DNA of 64,000 nt from an uncultured Nitrososphaerales archaeon (GCA_963695855.1 CAVOHZ010000003.1:256001-320000), one strand, 5' to 3'. Positions 11,033 to 23,092 are shown, numbered from the stretch's first letter. Notes: a model not told the origin generated them from the sequence alone. Numbers and translations are program-made.

Positions 11033-12631
11033 TCAAGAAACCATCGTCTGACTTTGTTCTCTCATAAATTGAGACAAATAATATCTTCCGCCAGTTCCCT
11101 TCCCCGAAGTCCCTGAATTCTTCCAGCCACCAAACGATTGTTGTCCGACCATGGCCCCGGTAGTAGCACCTTTTTCTCTATTAATATATACAACTCCAGA
11201 TTCGATCTTTCTTAAAAATACATCGACTTCATTCTTATTTTTTGAATATATCCCCGCGGTAAGTCCGTATTCAGAACTATTGGCTAGATCTATGGCTTGT
11301 TCAAAATTATTAAATTCGTTAATACACAAAATTGGTAAAAATAACTCTTTTTTGATAAGCATATTATTTTCAGATATTCCATCTACAATTGTAGGCTGTA
11401 CGTAATAACCATATTTTAGATCTCCTTCTTTAATTATTGACCCTCCATACAATATTTTTCCTTTTTTTGACGCATTTTTTATGTACCTCTTAAAATTTGA
11501 ATATGCTTCAGAATTAATTACTGGACCAATATCAGAATTCCTATCAACAGGATTTGACACCTGGATCTTTTCAACATGTTTTATTAACTTGTTAAGAAAT
11601 GCCTGTTTTACTTTTTTATGAACATAAACTCGCGAGCATGCACTACATTTTTGTCCTGAAAACGAAAAGGCTGCTTTAGCAATCCCGTTTACAGCTTTAT
11701 CTAAATCAGCACTTTCTGCAACAATAGATGGATTCTTTCCTCCAAGTTCTGCAATTATTGGACGGGATGCGATCTTTGATGATTCTTGAAGAATATGATT
11801 TCCGACATATTTGGAACCAGTAAATACAATTCCAGAAATCTTTTTATTGTCTATTATAAAATCACCAATTTCTCTTCCTTCTCCTGTTATAAAATTTAAA
11901 ACTCCCGGGGGCAATCCAGCGCTTAATAAGATTTCTACTATCTTGTACCCGATTATTGGAGTATTACTTGCTGGTTTGACTATCGCTGTATTTCCTGTAA
12001 TTATTGCACCAATAGTCATACCGACAAAAATAGCTGCTGGAAAATTAAAAGGAGAAATTATTCCCCAAACACCGTATGGTTTCATTACACTGATATTCTT
12101 TTCATTTTTTTTTGAAGCTAAATTTTTTGCTTTGAAACCATTATTCATTTTCATTTCAAAACAATAATAGTTTATGAAATCTATTGCCTCATCTACATCA
12201 GCAACTGCCTCATATCTATTCTTTCCATTTTCCAAAGTCAATAAGGCAGCCAATTCAAATTTCCTATGACTGATGTATGTAACTGCTTTCTTAAGAATCT
12301 CAATTCTTTCACGATAATCAACATTACTCCATTCTTCAAAAGATAAATATGAGGAATCAATAGCCTTATCGACTTCCACTGATGTTGTTCTTGATATATA
12401 TCCCAGAATCATCCTTGTGTCAACAGGAGACATGTGTTTATATTTCGACTTTGTAAATATTTTCTTGTTATCAATAATTATCGGAAAAACATTATTATCG
12501 CCAATTTCTTTTTTTATCATTTCAATGGCGTTATCAAATTTCTTGTGAAATTTATTTTCTTGGCCTTTGTAAAGAAAGGATTCATACGTTTGTTCATTGA
12601 CAAATTTCATACAATAGTATGTAATAGCCAA
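11033..12631 (-). CDS. Aldehyde dehydrogenase, 1-pyrroline-5-carboxylate dehydrogenase-like
   Basis: ISPFNFP, FTGS, AELGGKNP, GQKCSACSR, YGLTAG, TGAMVGQQSFGGWKNSG (P5CDH/RocA-like C-terminus). Confidence 0.88.
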   Translation of the reverse strand: MAITYYCMKFVNEQTYESFLYKGQENKFHKKFDNAIEMIKKEIGDNNVFPIIIDNKKIFTKSKYKHMSPVDTRMILGYISRTTSVEVDKAIDSSYLSFEEWSNVDYRERIEILKKAVTYISHRKFELAALLTLENGKNRYEAVADVDEAIDFINYYCFEMKMNNGFKAKNLASKKNEKNISVMKPYGVWGIISPFNFPAAIFVGMTIGAIITGNTAIVKPASNTPIIGYKIVEILLSAGLPPGVLNFITGEGREIGDFIIDNKKISGIVFTGSKYVGNHILQESSKIASRPIIAELGGKNPSIVAESADLDKAVNGIAKAAFSFSGQKCSACSRVYVHKKVKQAFLNKLIKHVEKIQVSNPVDRNSDIGPVINSEAYSNFKRYIKNASKKGKILYGGSIIKEGDLKYGYYVQPTIVDGISENNMLIKKELFLPILCINEFNNFEQAIDLANSSEYGLTAGIYSKNKNEVDVFLRKIESGVVYINREKGATTGAMVGQQSFGGWKNSGTSGKGTGGRYYLSQFMREQSQTMVS

Positions 12632-12700
12632 CTATTAAATAATTTAATAAATAAATAAACAATATTAACATAATAATAATATTTAATTATAATTATCTGA

Positions 12701-13918
12701 ATGAAAATGCAACATAAAGGGTCAGAATTAATTATTAGTAGGATTAAAAAACTTACCTACGATTCAACCTTTTTATATCCCCTGGTAATCAAAGGCGGAA
12801 AAGGATGTTTTCTGGAAGATATTGACGGAAAAAAATATTTAGATTTTGCCTCCAACATTGCTTCCTGTCCACTAGGATATGCACATCCAGAATTGACGAA
12901 TATTCTTAAAAAATATTTGAATGAAGGGGCTCACAAAATTGCTGGTCAGGATTTTTATTGTGAAGAACATCTAGAGATAGCTAAAAGATTAATTTCTATT
13001 TCTGGAAAGAATTTTAAAACTTTTCTTATTAATAGTGGAGCAGAGGCTGTTGAAAATGCTTTAAAGATAGCATATAGAAAAGCTGGACCACTTCCAGGAG
13101 TATGTTGCCTGAATAGTTTTCATGGCAGAACCCTGGGTGCACTTTCCTTTACAAACAGTAAAGAGGTACAAAAAATAAACTTCCCCGAATTCCCAGTGAA
13201 AAGAATAAAATTCTGTACTGTAGATGATGATTCAGAAATAAACCGGTTAGAACATCTATGTGAAGAAAATAAGATCGCCTTTGTAATTAGTGAAATAATC
13301 CAAGGTGAAGGTGGTATGAACGTTGCAAGTAGGAAATTCATAAACAATCTTTATGGTACAACTAGAAAATATCATGTGCCTTTAATTATCGATGAGGTTC
13401 AGACTGGTATTGGTAGGACAGGGAGATGGTGGGCATATGAACACTATGGTATTAAACCGGACATAGTAACAGTCGCTAAATCAATTCAGATAGGAGCTGT
13501 TCTATTTGATCGAATTTTAGAACCTAAACGTAAGGAAGTATTATCCAGTACTTGGGGTGGTGGAAGCAGAATAGATATGGCAATTGGTGCCAAAACTATA
13601 GAAATTATCCACAATGAAAGGCTACCTAAACACGCTGAGAAGATGGGTAGACTGATGATAAAGAGATTAGAAGAATTTATGGAAAAATTTGATTCAATTA
13701 CAGAAGTTAGAGGTTTAGGATTAATGATCGGTGTCGAATTTAAAAGTGCGAAGGAAAGAGATCGAATAATAATGAAATTATTTAAAGAAGGACTTTTAGT
13801 TCTACCGGCTGGACATAAAACTATTAGAATTTTACCACCGTTGATAATATCCAAAGAAGAGATAAATTTAGGATTAGAGCTGATTATAAAAGTTATTAAG
13901 GAAGGTACAAATAAATAA
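12701..13918 (+). CDS. Class III PLP aminotransferase (ornithine/4-aminobutyrate aminotransferase-like)
   Basis: NSGAEAVENALK, FHGRTLG, IQGEGG, DEVQTGIGRTG, PLP-lysine in TVAKS, VRGLGLMIG. Divergent from the P5CDH-like gene. Confidence 0.9.
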   Translation: MKMQHKGSELIISRIKKLTYDSTFLYPLVIKGGKGCFLEDIDGKKYLDFASNIASCPLGYAHPELTNILKKYLNEGAHKIAGQDFYCEEHLEIAKRLISISGKNFKTFLINSGAEAVENALKIAYRKAGPLPGVCCLNSFHGRTLGALSFTNSKEVQKINFPEFPVKRIKFCTVDDDSEINRLEHLCEENKIAFVISEIIQGEGGMNVASRKFINNLYGTTRKYHVPLIIDEVQTGIGRTGRWWAYEHYGIKPDIVTVAKSIQIGAVLFDRILEPKRKEVLSSTWGGGSRIDMAIGAKTIEIIHNERLPKHAEKMGRLMIKRLEEFMEKFDSITEVRGLGLMIGVEFKSAKERDRIIMKLFKEGLLVLPAGHKTIRILPPLIISKEEINLGLELIIKVIKEGTNK

Positions 13919-13943
13919 GGAATATTGAAAACAACAAAGCAAA

Positions 13944-14513
13944 CTAGGTTTTATTAATCCTTTCCTCGTGATATTCTATTGCTTTATACAACGCAACAAT
14001 CGATGCAGCATTTAATATTTTTCCTTCTCGCAAGAGTTGTTTGATTTTGTCTAAAGATAATGAATTTACCTCTATTTTTTCCATGACACCTAGTGATTGT
14101 TGATCTTTCTTTTGAATTCCGTATGCTACGAATATATAACCACGTTGATGAAACATAGAGTAATCCAGTGTATATTCACCTATTAACTTCAGTTCTGTCG
14201 CCACATATCCAGTTTCCTCTTTAAATTCTCTGACCGCGGCTTCTTTCGGTGTTTCACCAAGCTCTATATAACCTGAAGGAATTTCAATTTGAACCGAATC
14301 AACTAGATGTCTATAGCTCTTTATTATCAATATCTCTTCATTTGATATAAATGGAACAATGGTTGAATAATTTTTCCTAGTTCCTTGTATGTATATTTTT
14401 TTTATTCCGTTAATATTCAACTCGTCTTCATAAAGTGTAATATATTCACTTGAATATACCTGATTGTGAGAAACTAACTTCCAACTACTTGCTGTTTTTT
14501 CTAACACAAGCAA
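13944..14513 (-). CDS. NUDIX hydrolase (ADP-ribose pyrophosphatase-like)
   Basis: Nudix box GYIELGETPKEAAVREFKEETGY. Confidence 0.88.
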   Translation of the reverse strand: MLVLEKTASSWKLVSHNQVYSSEYITLYEDELNINGIKKIYIQGTRKNYSTIVPFISNEEILIIKSYRHLVDSVQIEIPSGYIELGETPKEAAVREFKEETGYVATELKLIGEYTLDYSMFHQRGYIFVAYGIQKKDQQSLGVMEKIEVNSLSLDKIKQLLREGKILNAASIVALYKAIEYHEERINKT

Positions 14514-14611
14514 GGATAATGAATTCTTAATTATTTAATATTTTTTCTATCATTAACTTGTAAATAGAATTAGAGCATTATCAATAACAACTTTTTAAAA
14601 AAAGAAAAATA

Positions 14612-16797
14612 TTATTTGACTATTCTGAATGAATCTTTCATTAAATAACTATCCTTTGATACCACCTTCTCTGAATGATCTTTATGAGTACCATGAAACT
14701 CTCCTATTACCTCGTTTTTGGTAACGTTGAGCCCCAGAAATCCAAAACCGTAATCATACGTTTTTGCTATATACTTTGGAACATTCAGTTCATCAATATT
14801 ATATAGTCGATGACCTCCAGTTCCCACAGTAACAAAAATAGGATGTTTCGGATCCTTATATGTGGAATTAACCTCATAATCAATTAGTGTTCCGTTTTTA
14901 CCCTCAAAGGCAATTTGATGAATGTAATTACTGGAAGTCGAATTTGGAATCACTACCCAGGGTGAAATAGGGTTGTTGTAATTGAATTTCAGTGGAAGTG
15001 ATCTTTCATACCAATGATTATGTCCTGAAAATACTATATCAACATTATATTTATCAAATAAAGGGTGATAAAGAAATGTATTCTGAATATCTGGCGGATG
15101 TTTTCCTGAAGATGTGTAGAGAGGTTTATGAATTACCACGAAGATCCATTTTATGTTAGGATTTTTTGATGTATCCTCGAGGTCCTGTTGCACAAAATAG
15201 AACTGGGCAGACATTTTCGATGGCGCTAATGACGAATCCATCATTAGAAAATGTATATTTCCCTGATTGAAAGAATAAAATGGACGAGTCAAGTTAAAGT
15301 GTTTCATATATTCATACCTTATTTCCTTGGTTTCATCTTCTTCATTATCATGATTTCCAAGAGCTACTTTCAATTTTGATGAAATTGGTTTCGTTATGTT
15401 GTAAAAACATTCTCCGGTTTCCTCATATGAAAGATCACCAGGAGTAACAACTAGTTCCGAATGGGAACTTTCAATATAGTTTACCACTAATCTTGTATTG
15501 TTATTGCAACCCCAATCCCCTGTCACTGCTATGTCGTATTTCTTATCAAAAATATTATAGTCGATTTTACTTATTTCAGTAGTTGCGTTTGTTGTTGGCA
15601 GTACTGTTGTTGCTGTCGTGTTTGCTGCCGTACTAGTTGCGTTTGTTGTTGGCAGTACCGTTGTTGCTGTCGTGTTTGCTGCCGTACTAGTTGCGTTTGT
15701 TGTTGGCAGTACCGTTGTTGCTGTCGTGTTTGCTGCCGTACTAGTTGCGTTTGTTGTTGGCAGGTACTGTTGTTGCTGTCGTGTTTGCTGCCGTACTAGT
15801 TGCGTTTGTTGTTGGCAGTACTGTTGTTGCTGTCGTGTTTGCTGCCGTACTAGTTGCGTTTGTTGTTGGCAGGTACTGTTGTTGCTGTCGTGTTTGCTGC
15901 CGTACTAGTTGCGTTTGTTGTTGGCAGTACTGTTGTTGCTGTCGTGTTTGCTGCCGTACTAGTTGCGTTTGAAAGTTTATTGGATAACGAATATTTTGTT
16001 AAATCCAACAAATTTTCACCTTTAGTTCCTTCTTCATCTTTTATACCATCTAAATTAGAACTTTGGTCAGAGTCAGTTCCGTTACCTCCAAAATTCAAAT
16101 ATATTATTTGTCCATTGGAATCATACTTATTATGCTTATATATATCGTTAATCTCTTCATTTGTTAACCCTCGGGACCATACTCTTACTTCATCTATTTT
16201 TCCGTCAAAGAATTTGTCTTGATTCAAAGAATTGGCACCAATTCTTAGTGGTTGGTCACCATTAATATCAGGTTCCTCACTTATAATCAAAGAATTAATA
16301 TCTTTCCCGTCAACATTTGACAGTAAAACTGAGCCATCGTATCCCAGGATAACGAAATGCCATTTGCCATCATTATATTTTTCATCTGAAACTACTTGAA
16401 AATCATCACCAGATTCAGTCTCGAATCCGCCAGTTAAGGTACCCTCTGGTGAAAGCCATATCCCATAATTCATATTTTCCCCTTTATTATCACTATTGAA
16501 ACCACCTTTATTCACAATGTGGGCAGGATTATCAAAATCCGTTTGATCGGTATTAAACCAAGAAGATAAGGTAAATTCTTTTAGTAAAAGTTTATCCTCA
16601 TGATCAACATCATAAAATTCTCCTTCATCGGTATCAAATGATGGTCCAAATTTGTATAAATAATGGTTATCATCACCAATTTCAGATATAGTAATATTTT
16701 TTTGTTGAGCATATATAGTAATAAATAAAGATGAAAATAGGAATAAAGCCAATAAGTAATAATTAATTTTATTAAATATATCACTTGTATTAAACAT
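14612..16797 (-). pseudogene. Secreted LamG-domain + repeat linker + metallophosphoesterase (purple acid phosphatase-like), frameshifted in the linker
   Basis: ORF 15850-16797 has a signal peptide and LamG motifs (DGKWHFV, LRIGAN, FDGKIDEVRVW). ORF 14612-15526 has GDWG, GDLSY, GNHD, GHNHWYER. Removing two extra G bases gives one open frame of 2184 nt (727 aa). Confidence 0.85.
15580..15970. repeat. 54-bp tandem repeat x7 (encodes NATSTAANTTATTVLPTT on minus strand)
   Basis: Units start at 15580, 15634, 15688, 15742, 15797, 15851, 15906. Units 4 and 6 are 55 bp (ggcaggtact instead of ggcagtact). Confidence 0.95.
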
Positions 16798-17068
16798 GAA
16801 CAGGTAAACTATTACTTGAATATACTAAATAAAAATATTGCTGCTATTCTCATACTTTAACTATATCGGCCTATTAAATATTATTTTAAGATAATACAAA
16901 AAAATGATTCCAAAAACATCATATAAAAACTTGACAGTATATTTTTATATAATTAACTTTCTAAAAAAGATCTAGAAAACAACTCAATTCAAATTTAATT
17001 TTACTAATATTAAAAAATAAAATGTGTTCTTTTTTTTACAGTTAAAATAAATAAATATTTTCTTCATC

Positions 17069-17880
17069 TTAAACTGTAGTATACTCTTTCAACAAAATCA
17101 TTATGTGTAATAAACTTCGTCCATAAATTAAGTCATATTTTTTGGTAGGCTTAGAATCTATTATTTCTGTAAGAGAAAATCCTGAATTAATCATTGAGAA
17201 GATATTCCTTCTAACGTCTTCCAACATGAAAAGATAATTCTTAATATCATTACTGTTTGAAATATTCCCATGTCCTGGAATAATTTCTGTTTTATCGTTA
17301 GGTAAAGGAATTACTCGTTTTACAGCATCAATTATACCCTCAATCGAACCATTACTTGAAATATCAATAAATGGATATCTATTATATACATGAACATCTC
17401 CCATATGTATTACATTTTTTTTGATAAAATGAATTATAGAATCTCCATCTCTATGCGTATTTGGTACGTGAAAAATATTTACTATTTCGTAGTTAATGTG
17501 AAGAGTAATCGTATCATTCATTGTAAGTAATTATAGGTAAATCTTCATTCGGATAAGGATCAATTTTCTTATCAAGAAATTTTATGAATTGTCTAGATGT
17601 TAAGCGTTCTCTTACTTTTTCTTGTGCCACTATTATAAACCCTAATTTTCCAAAGTTTATATTCCCATCTGTGTCATCAGGATGCCAATGTGTATTAACT
17701 ACAAATTTTTCAGAATCTTTTGTTAATTTTTTTAGGGAATATAAAATTTTATCAGTAAGTGAAGAAAACTGATCATCGATCAATAGACCACCATCCGATC
17801 CTAATAAAAGTCCAGCATAAAAATATGACACTGAAAAACCATATAAGTTTGTTTGATTGGATTTAGTTTTATTTTTTGTA
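17069..17880 (-). pseudogene. MBL-fold metallo-hydrolase (cyclase-like), split into two ORFs
   Basis: LLIDDQF and NTHWHPDDTDGN (degenerate HxHxDH) in 17514-17831; HRDGDS, HMGD, IPGHG in 17069-17521. Frameshift near 17520. Confidence 0.8.
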
Positions 17881-17899
17881 ACTTCCTGCCAAAAAATAA

Positions 17900-18394
17900 T
17901 TATTTTAGCTTATTTTTAAGGTTTAGTATTTCGGAGTTATGATTTTTGAAAATAAATTTCTTGTTGAAGATATAATTAATCAAAGAAGCTATTATTATAG
18001 CAAAAATGATTGTCCGACCATAATCCATTCCTACTGTTCCAAATCCATAGACTATTAATAATTGCAGAAGTATGCCTACAGAATTAAAAAGGAAATATTT
18101 TAGATATTGTTTTGTAATAATTTGAATTTCTATACTATTATCTTGAAATGTCCAAAATTTATTTAACAGAAAATTTGAAGATAGAGAAACTAAAATTCCA
18201 AATATACTTGAATAAAGGTGCGTAAATCCAAATACTGTAAACATGCAATATGAAATCAAATAATTAATTACCAGCCCAGTAGCTCCTACTAGATAAAATT
18301 TGAAAAACTCGTTTTTATGATCATATATTATTTTAGATAAATTGAATAAGAACCTGCTAGAAGATTTTTCCTTTAATTTTTTATGATTTTTCAA
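17900..18394 (-). CDS. GtrA-family membrane protein
   Basis: KFYLVGATG...SNFLLNKFWTF...INYIFNKKFIF, about 4 TM. Confidence 0.88.
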   Translation of the reverse strand: MKNHKKLKEKSSSRFLFNLSKIIYDHKNEFFKFYLVGATGLVINYLISYCMFTVFGFTHLYSSIFGILVSLSSNFLLNKFWTFQDNSIEIQIITKQYLKYFLFNSVGILLQLLIVYGFGTVGMDYGRTIIFAIIIASLINYIFNKKFIFKNHNSEILNLKNKLK

Positions 18395-19060
18395 TTAAAA
18401 TATATTGTTTTTCATTTTGTAACATTTATACTTTTTCTAGATACTGCAGATTATCTATAATATATGGTGTCGTATTAGCTCATGTAACGTTGTACAGCAT
18501 TATTAGAATAAAAATTTTCACCGTAATTCAATAAATCCAAATTAAATATATATACTGGTAGCTTCTTTATCCCTATCACTCAGACTTTTTTTCGTTAACT
18601 GACAAAAATCTATAATGCATAGTTCATAAATAAGAATAATGATTTTGGTCTGTCTTGGATATCCAAGGTTATTATAACCTAGAATACAAAATTGTAATAA
18701 ATAGCGTGGAGAAATTTCTTTAATGTTGATACCATACTATGTTTAAAATGTTTTTGATTATCATAAGATTGCAATATCGTTGTAGTCAACCTCTTTTTTT
18801 AATTCAATTAAAATTTCTCAATAGAATTTGGTATTATTCACAAATTGAACCAAAAATAATACACAATGATTAACCTATATTTCTGATAATGCATCATAAG
18901 AGAAATTTGCAGGTATAGTCTGATTTCTATTATTTTTCTTGAACTATTTTATTCCATTTTTTTATTTCTTATAAATATTTGGATAAACCGCCTATAAATT
19001 TATAGTCTTTTCAAAAATAGTTTAATTTTAATATTAGTTTACATAAAATATCGTATAAGC

Positions 19061-19279
19061 ATGAAATTCTTCTCACTGAAGAAAAATAATTGTAACGATT
19101 GTAACGAGAAATTTAATAGCGAAGATGAGCTTGCGAGACACGTTAAAGAAGTTCATAAACACAATGTTAGGAAATGTCAAAAGTGTGGCAAAATATTTTT
19201 AAACGAGAAAGAAAGACTTCACCACATAAAAGAAGAAAAACAAAAAGAGATAGAGTACAGGAGACATAAACATTTGTAA
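19061..19279 (+). CDS. Tandem C2H2 zinc-finger protein
   Basis: CNDCNEKFNSEDELARHVKEVH and CQKCGKIFLNEKERLHH. Confidence 0.85.
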   Translation: MKFFSLKKNNCNDCNEKFNSEDELARHVKEVHKHNVRKCQKCGKIFLNEKERLHHIKEEKQKEIEYRRHKHL

Positions 19280-19736
19280 TATTCTATCTAATTATCTTTT
19301 GCACAGAAAAATTGTTTAGTCTAAGAGTAGGAACTAAAGTTTTAAAACATAATTAAAATAATAAAATGAGTACAGGTAGCAGCAAGTTTAATTGAGGTTT
19401 TATTAGAAATAGCTTAGGGATAATTTCACACTAAGAAAAATACAAGGTAGAGAAAACTAAGTATTTAAAAATTGTTTGAAAGTAAATAGTACGGTCTAAT
19501 TGATTTTATAATAATGAACACTCATATATTTCCTTATGATTCATTGGTAAATCGATCTAAAAAATTACAAGTCGGAAAAGCAGATAGAAACAGAATTATT
19601 TAGATACAATATAGACTAATCACCCATAGTATTAAAGAAAGATAAATTAGTATCAAAAGAATTATTCTTAGGAGAGATTTTTATGTTATTCTCGATATAG
19701 AGTTAATTCATATTATCAAATCTCTATGTTAACCCT

Positions 19737-19979
19737 GTGAAAAAAATATTAATTACCGGTCCAAAAAAATTATTACATCAATTAGAAAATAAATTAAGAA
19801 GAAATTTTGAGATAGAATTATTTTTTGAGGATAACACTATTTGCAAAATAGAGGCTAAAAAAAATAATCAATTGATAGTAATTTGTAGTTTTTCGCCTGA
19901 TGAAAAAATCAATAATATTCTAACAATGTTTGAAGTTAATTATCAGATAAAAATCGGACAAAAACGATTGAGAATATAG
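19737..19979 (+). CDS. Hypothetical protein
   Basis: 80-aa ORF with plausible composition; no recognised motif. Confidence 0.55.
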   Translation: MKKILITGPKKLLHQLENKLRRNFEIELFFEDNTICKIEAKKNNQLIVICSFSPDEKINNILTMFEVNYQIKIGQKRLRI

Positions 19980-20619
19980 AAAATTTTAGTATTGTTGACA
20001 ATTTCAATGAATTAGCTACTGAACAATATTTTTGGAAAATCATTTCTACTATAAATATTTAGATAGATTTTGACGTAATTCTTTCAGGAATAACTAAATC
20101 AAGGATAGTTTTTCACATATTATCAAACAAATTATAAAAACTTCATTTATTTTTTTCTTTGTTTACCTGAGAAAAGAGAATCTAACGTCGAACATTCTAT
20201 TACGAAACTTATGCTATTGAAATTTATCAAAAATATAATACCAAAGATTCTAATTATGTGTCGTTACTTAAATTTCGTTAGTCTCAGTTTCCGCAATACA
20301 GTAAAATATTATAACCCTATAAAGAAAGTGAGAGGTATTATATTTGGTATAAATCTATGCTAAAAGTTGTAAAAATCTTATATCTTTTGAATGAAAAAAA
20401 TTTCTCCTTTAAGCATACACAAATCAATAATCTATACAAATCATAATTTTCAAGTAAAGAACTATTGACCTTTATTAAACCAATTCATAATAGGTACTGT
20501 GTGACTAAATGTTAGGAACGCCAAACACGTTATAAGAACAATTTTATTCCTTCTCTTCTCCAAGACAGAGGAAATATATTGTAAAGATCTTAAATCATAC
20601 CATAAGCAGCATTTTTTTA

Positions 20620-21343
20620 GGCTGTATTAATTTAAGTTAATATTCACCTCCTTTAACCAAAAATAATTCTTATTATTTGCTATAGTATCATTATACATCA
20701 AAACAAAGAATTGTATCCAGTTATGTACATGAAATAAATTACATTCCCCTTTTTGCCTACAAGGATAGTAGTCATCAAAACTTTCTATTCTGTCTTTCAA
20801 ATACTGATTGACTCTTTCCATCAAACTTTTCTGAAATGGTGAGTGTAGATAATGTTTTAATTAAATTATGTTACATGCTTTATCATACCATGTACCACCA
20901 TTATCTGTATACACGAAATGTTTTCCATATTTTGATACAAGAGATCCAATGAACTTTTCAGCAACTATCATGTTTCTCTCTTCTGTGAGAAGGATTCCAA
21001 GCACAGAACTGTGGACTGGTTCAATACAAAACTATAACCAGAAGTGCTGGTTAGCAATCTTAATAATGGTCTCATCTATAATAAAAGCAGTTACTCTTTT
21101 TCTTTTATAGATGTGGCAGGATCCAGATCTCTGAATCCAATTCCAAACAGAAACATAGCTTCTCTTCTGATCTCTAAATATAGTTAATTCTTTAGAAGTA
21201 TTTCTTAAACTTAAACCAAGAAAGTATAGATAAAGTGAATACATTACAATAAAAGAAGATGTTTTATTTCTTTCAAATTTGATTTTCATGGTATATTTAG
21301 AAGATTCTCAGCTATATCTTTTGCTGCTTATCTGCACAGAGCC
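20620..21343 (-). mobile_element. IS6-family element with frameshifted transposase
   Basis: Fragments SLYLYFLGLSLRNTS, VWNWIQR, FIIDETIIKI and ERVNQYLKDRIESFDDYYPC; terminal ...cacagagcc. Confidence 0.85.
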
Positions 21344-21359
21344 TTTTCAGCTAAAAAAG

Positions 21360-21500
21360 ACCTTTAGTGGTCCTCACTGTGGTACATGGTATCTACAAGC
21401 CTGTATGGTTCGCACCTAAAACAAAAATTGTGGCGGCATTTTGAAATGTACTTCGAAAACGAGAAAAATGCAAAATTTCAAAGATAGAATCCAGTTCTGA
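21360..21500 (+). pseudogene. Second IS6 transposase remnant
   Basis: Fragments GTWYLQAC and MQNFKDRI match the GGTWY..AC and KDRIE motifs of the neighbouring IS6. Confidence 0.55.
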
Positions 21501-21655
21501 TAATCAGGATTTTCTAGAGAAAAAAGAGAAGAATTGATATATATATTTTACAGATTAACTGCAGGATTAAACTGTTTACCTATTAATACATTTTAAGTTA
21601 AATTATATACATACGTCCACTAAAGCAGTCGATTTGTTTAATAATAGAACTTTCG

Positions 21656-22162
21656 TCACAATTTACACAATGAACTTTGTAAAATCTCTATTTGTTGGTG
21701 AATTTTGTTTGCATGGTTCGATTTCAAAATATTTATCTTTTCATACAATGCAAGATCGGATATAAACTTAGGAATTATATTTTCACAGATGACATTATTA
21801 TTATCTGAATCATCATCGTTTAAAATAAGTTCAGCGCTATTCAAATGTCCAAGTAATATCCTTTTAATAGTATCTGCACTATTATGCATCATTTTCATAT
21901 TTAATATATAATCACTTATCTGTTTGATAATTACATTTGGATCCATTTTTAGTTCCATTATTCCTTTATCATTTTTTGAAAAACTTAAACCACTCGCTAT
22001 AAATTCTGAAGTTTTTTCTTCCTTTAATTCGCCCAAATAATGAGTTACTGAAAAATATTTTTGCTGTGAGTCTTGATCCGCCTGCGTTGAAGGTTTTGGA
22101 AAAGAAGATACAAAGCTAAATATAATAATAACTATTAGGCAAATTATGAAGCTCTTGTTCAA
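21656..22162 (-). CDS. Hypothetical secreted protein
   Basis: N-terminal signal-like hydrophobic segment; helical body with two Cys. Confidence 0.65.
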   Translation of the reverse strand: MNKSFIICLIVIIIFSFVSSFPKPSTQADQDSQQKYFSVTHYLGELKEEKTSEFIASGLSFSKNDKGIMELKMDPNVIIKQISDYILNMKMMHNSADTIKRILLGHLNSAELILNDDDSDNNNVICENIIPKFISDLALYEKINILKSNHANKIHQQIEILQSSLCKL

Positions 22163-22375
22163 ACATAATAATTAATAATGAACCCAGATAAAAATCTAAT
22201 AATGATTTATCATTTAAAATAACGTAACCAATTCCTATTCTATTATTAAAATTAAAACGGATTTAAAATCTATTTAAATTAAAGATGAGAAAAGTGAACA
22301 GTGGCTAGTTATTATATTTTATATAGAAATTAGTGTTTTTATTCTTGATGATTTCAATTGACGATTAATTGCAAA

Positions 22376-22822
22376 TTAAAACCATTGACTTATGAAAATC
22401 ATTATTCCAAGGGTAATGGAGAGTAAGGCAAAAAGAAAATATGGAAGAAAATGCAAATTATTAACAAATTGCCTTTTGTTCATTTTTAAGACAATATTTC
22501 TCTTCCTACTTCGAAATACTACTATGACATAAACAGGAATCGAAAATGTTCCTCCTATTAGTATCGTTTGGCCACGAGACGAACTAAATAAATTAAAAAA
22601 ATCGAAATTAAAAGTTATAAGAATTAAAAAAATTCCAGAAATTATTGTAATTGTAGAAATAAATATCACAAATCTATGTACCCTAGGCAAAAGGGAAGAA
22701 AATATTCCCTTCTTATTTACTGGACTCAATATAAAGACAACAAAAAAAGTAATTCCCCACCATAATATACCTGAAAGAAAATGAATAAAGGATATCATAA
22801 AATTGAATGTATCTCCAATCAT
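22376..22822 (-). CDS. Membrane protein (CopD-like N-terminal HxxxxxxWxG pattern)
   Basis: IHFLSGILWWG followed by about 4 TM segments. Family assignment tentative. Confidence 0.65.
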   Translation of the reverse strand: MIGDTFNFMISFIHFLSGILWWGITFFVVFILSPVNKKGIFSSLLPRVHRFVIFISTITIISGIFLILITFNFDFFNLFSSSRGQTILIGGTFSIPVYVIVVFRSRKRNIVLKMNKRQFVNNLHFLPYFLFALLSITLGIMIFISQWF

Positions 22823-23092
22823 TTAGAAAATTTAAAGAATCTTCAATTTATTCTTAAAGGTTTAATGATTAGTGAAAAATTTTAAAATAAGCAAAAATAA
22901 TGAGAGTTAACCAGAAATATTTAAGCAAAGAATACTTACCTAGAGATAAATTTTGACTGATATAAGAATTTATCAAAATGCATCTTTGGAGTATCGTCGA
23001 AGAAATATTCTATTTTAGTAAATGATGATATATATTTCAAAATATCTTTTTTTTCTAAAGTATTCAAATAGTACTTTTCACATTTAATAAAT

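Noticed and set aside
15580-15970. 54-bp repeats as a CRISPR array, and plus-strand ORFs 15618, 15745, 15854
   Set aside because: Units are contiguous with no spacers and encode a protein linker on the minus strand. The plus-strand ORFs are shadows of a stop-free repeat.
18480-18670. Possible further IS6 remnant
   Set aside because: Similarity to the 20620-21343 element is too eroded to support by eye.
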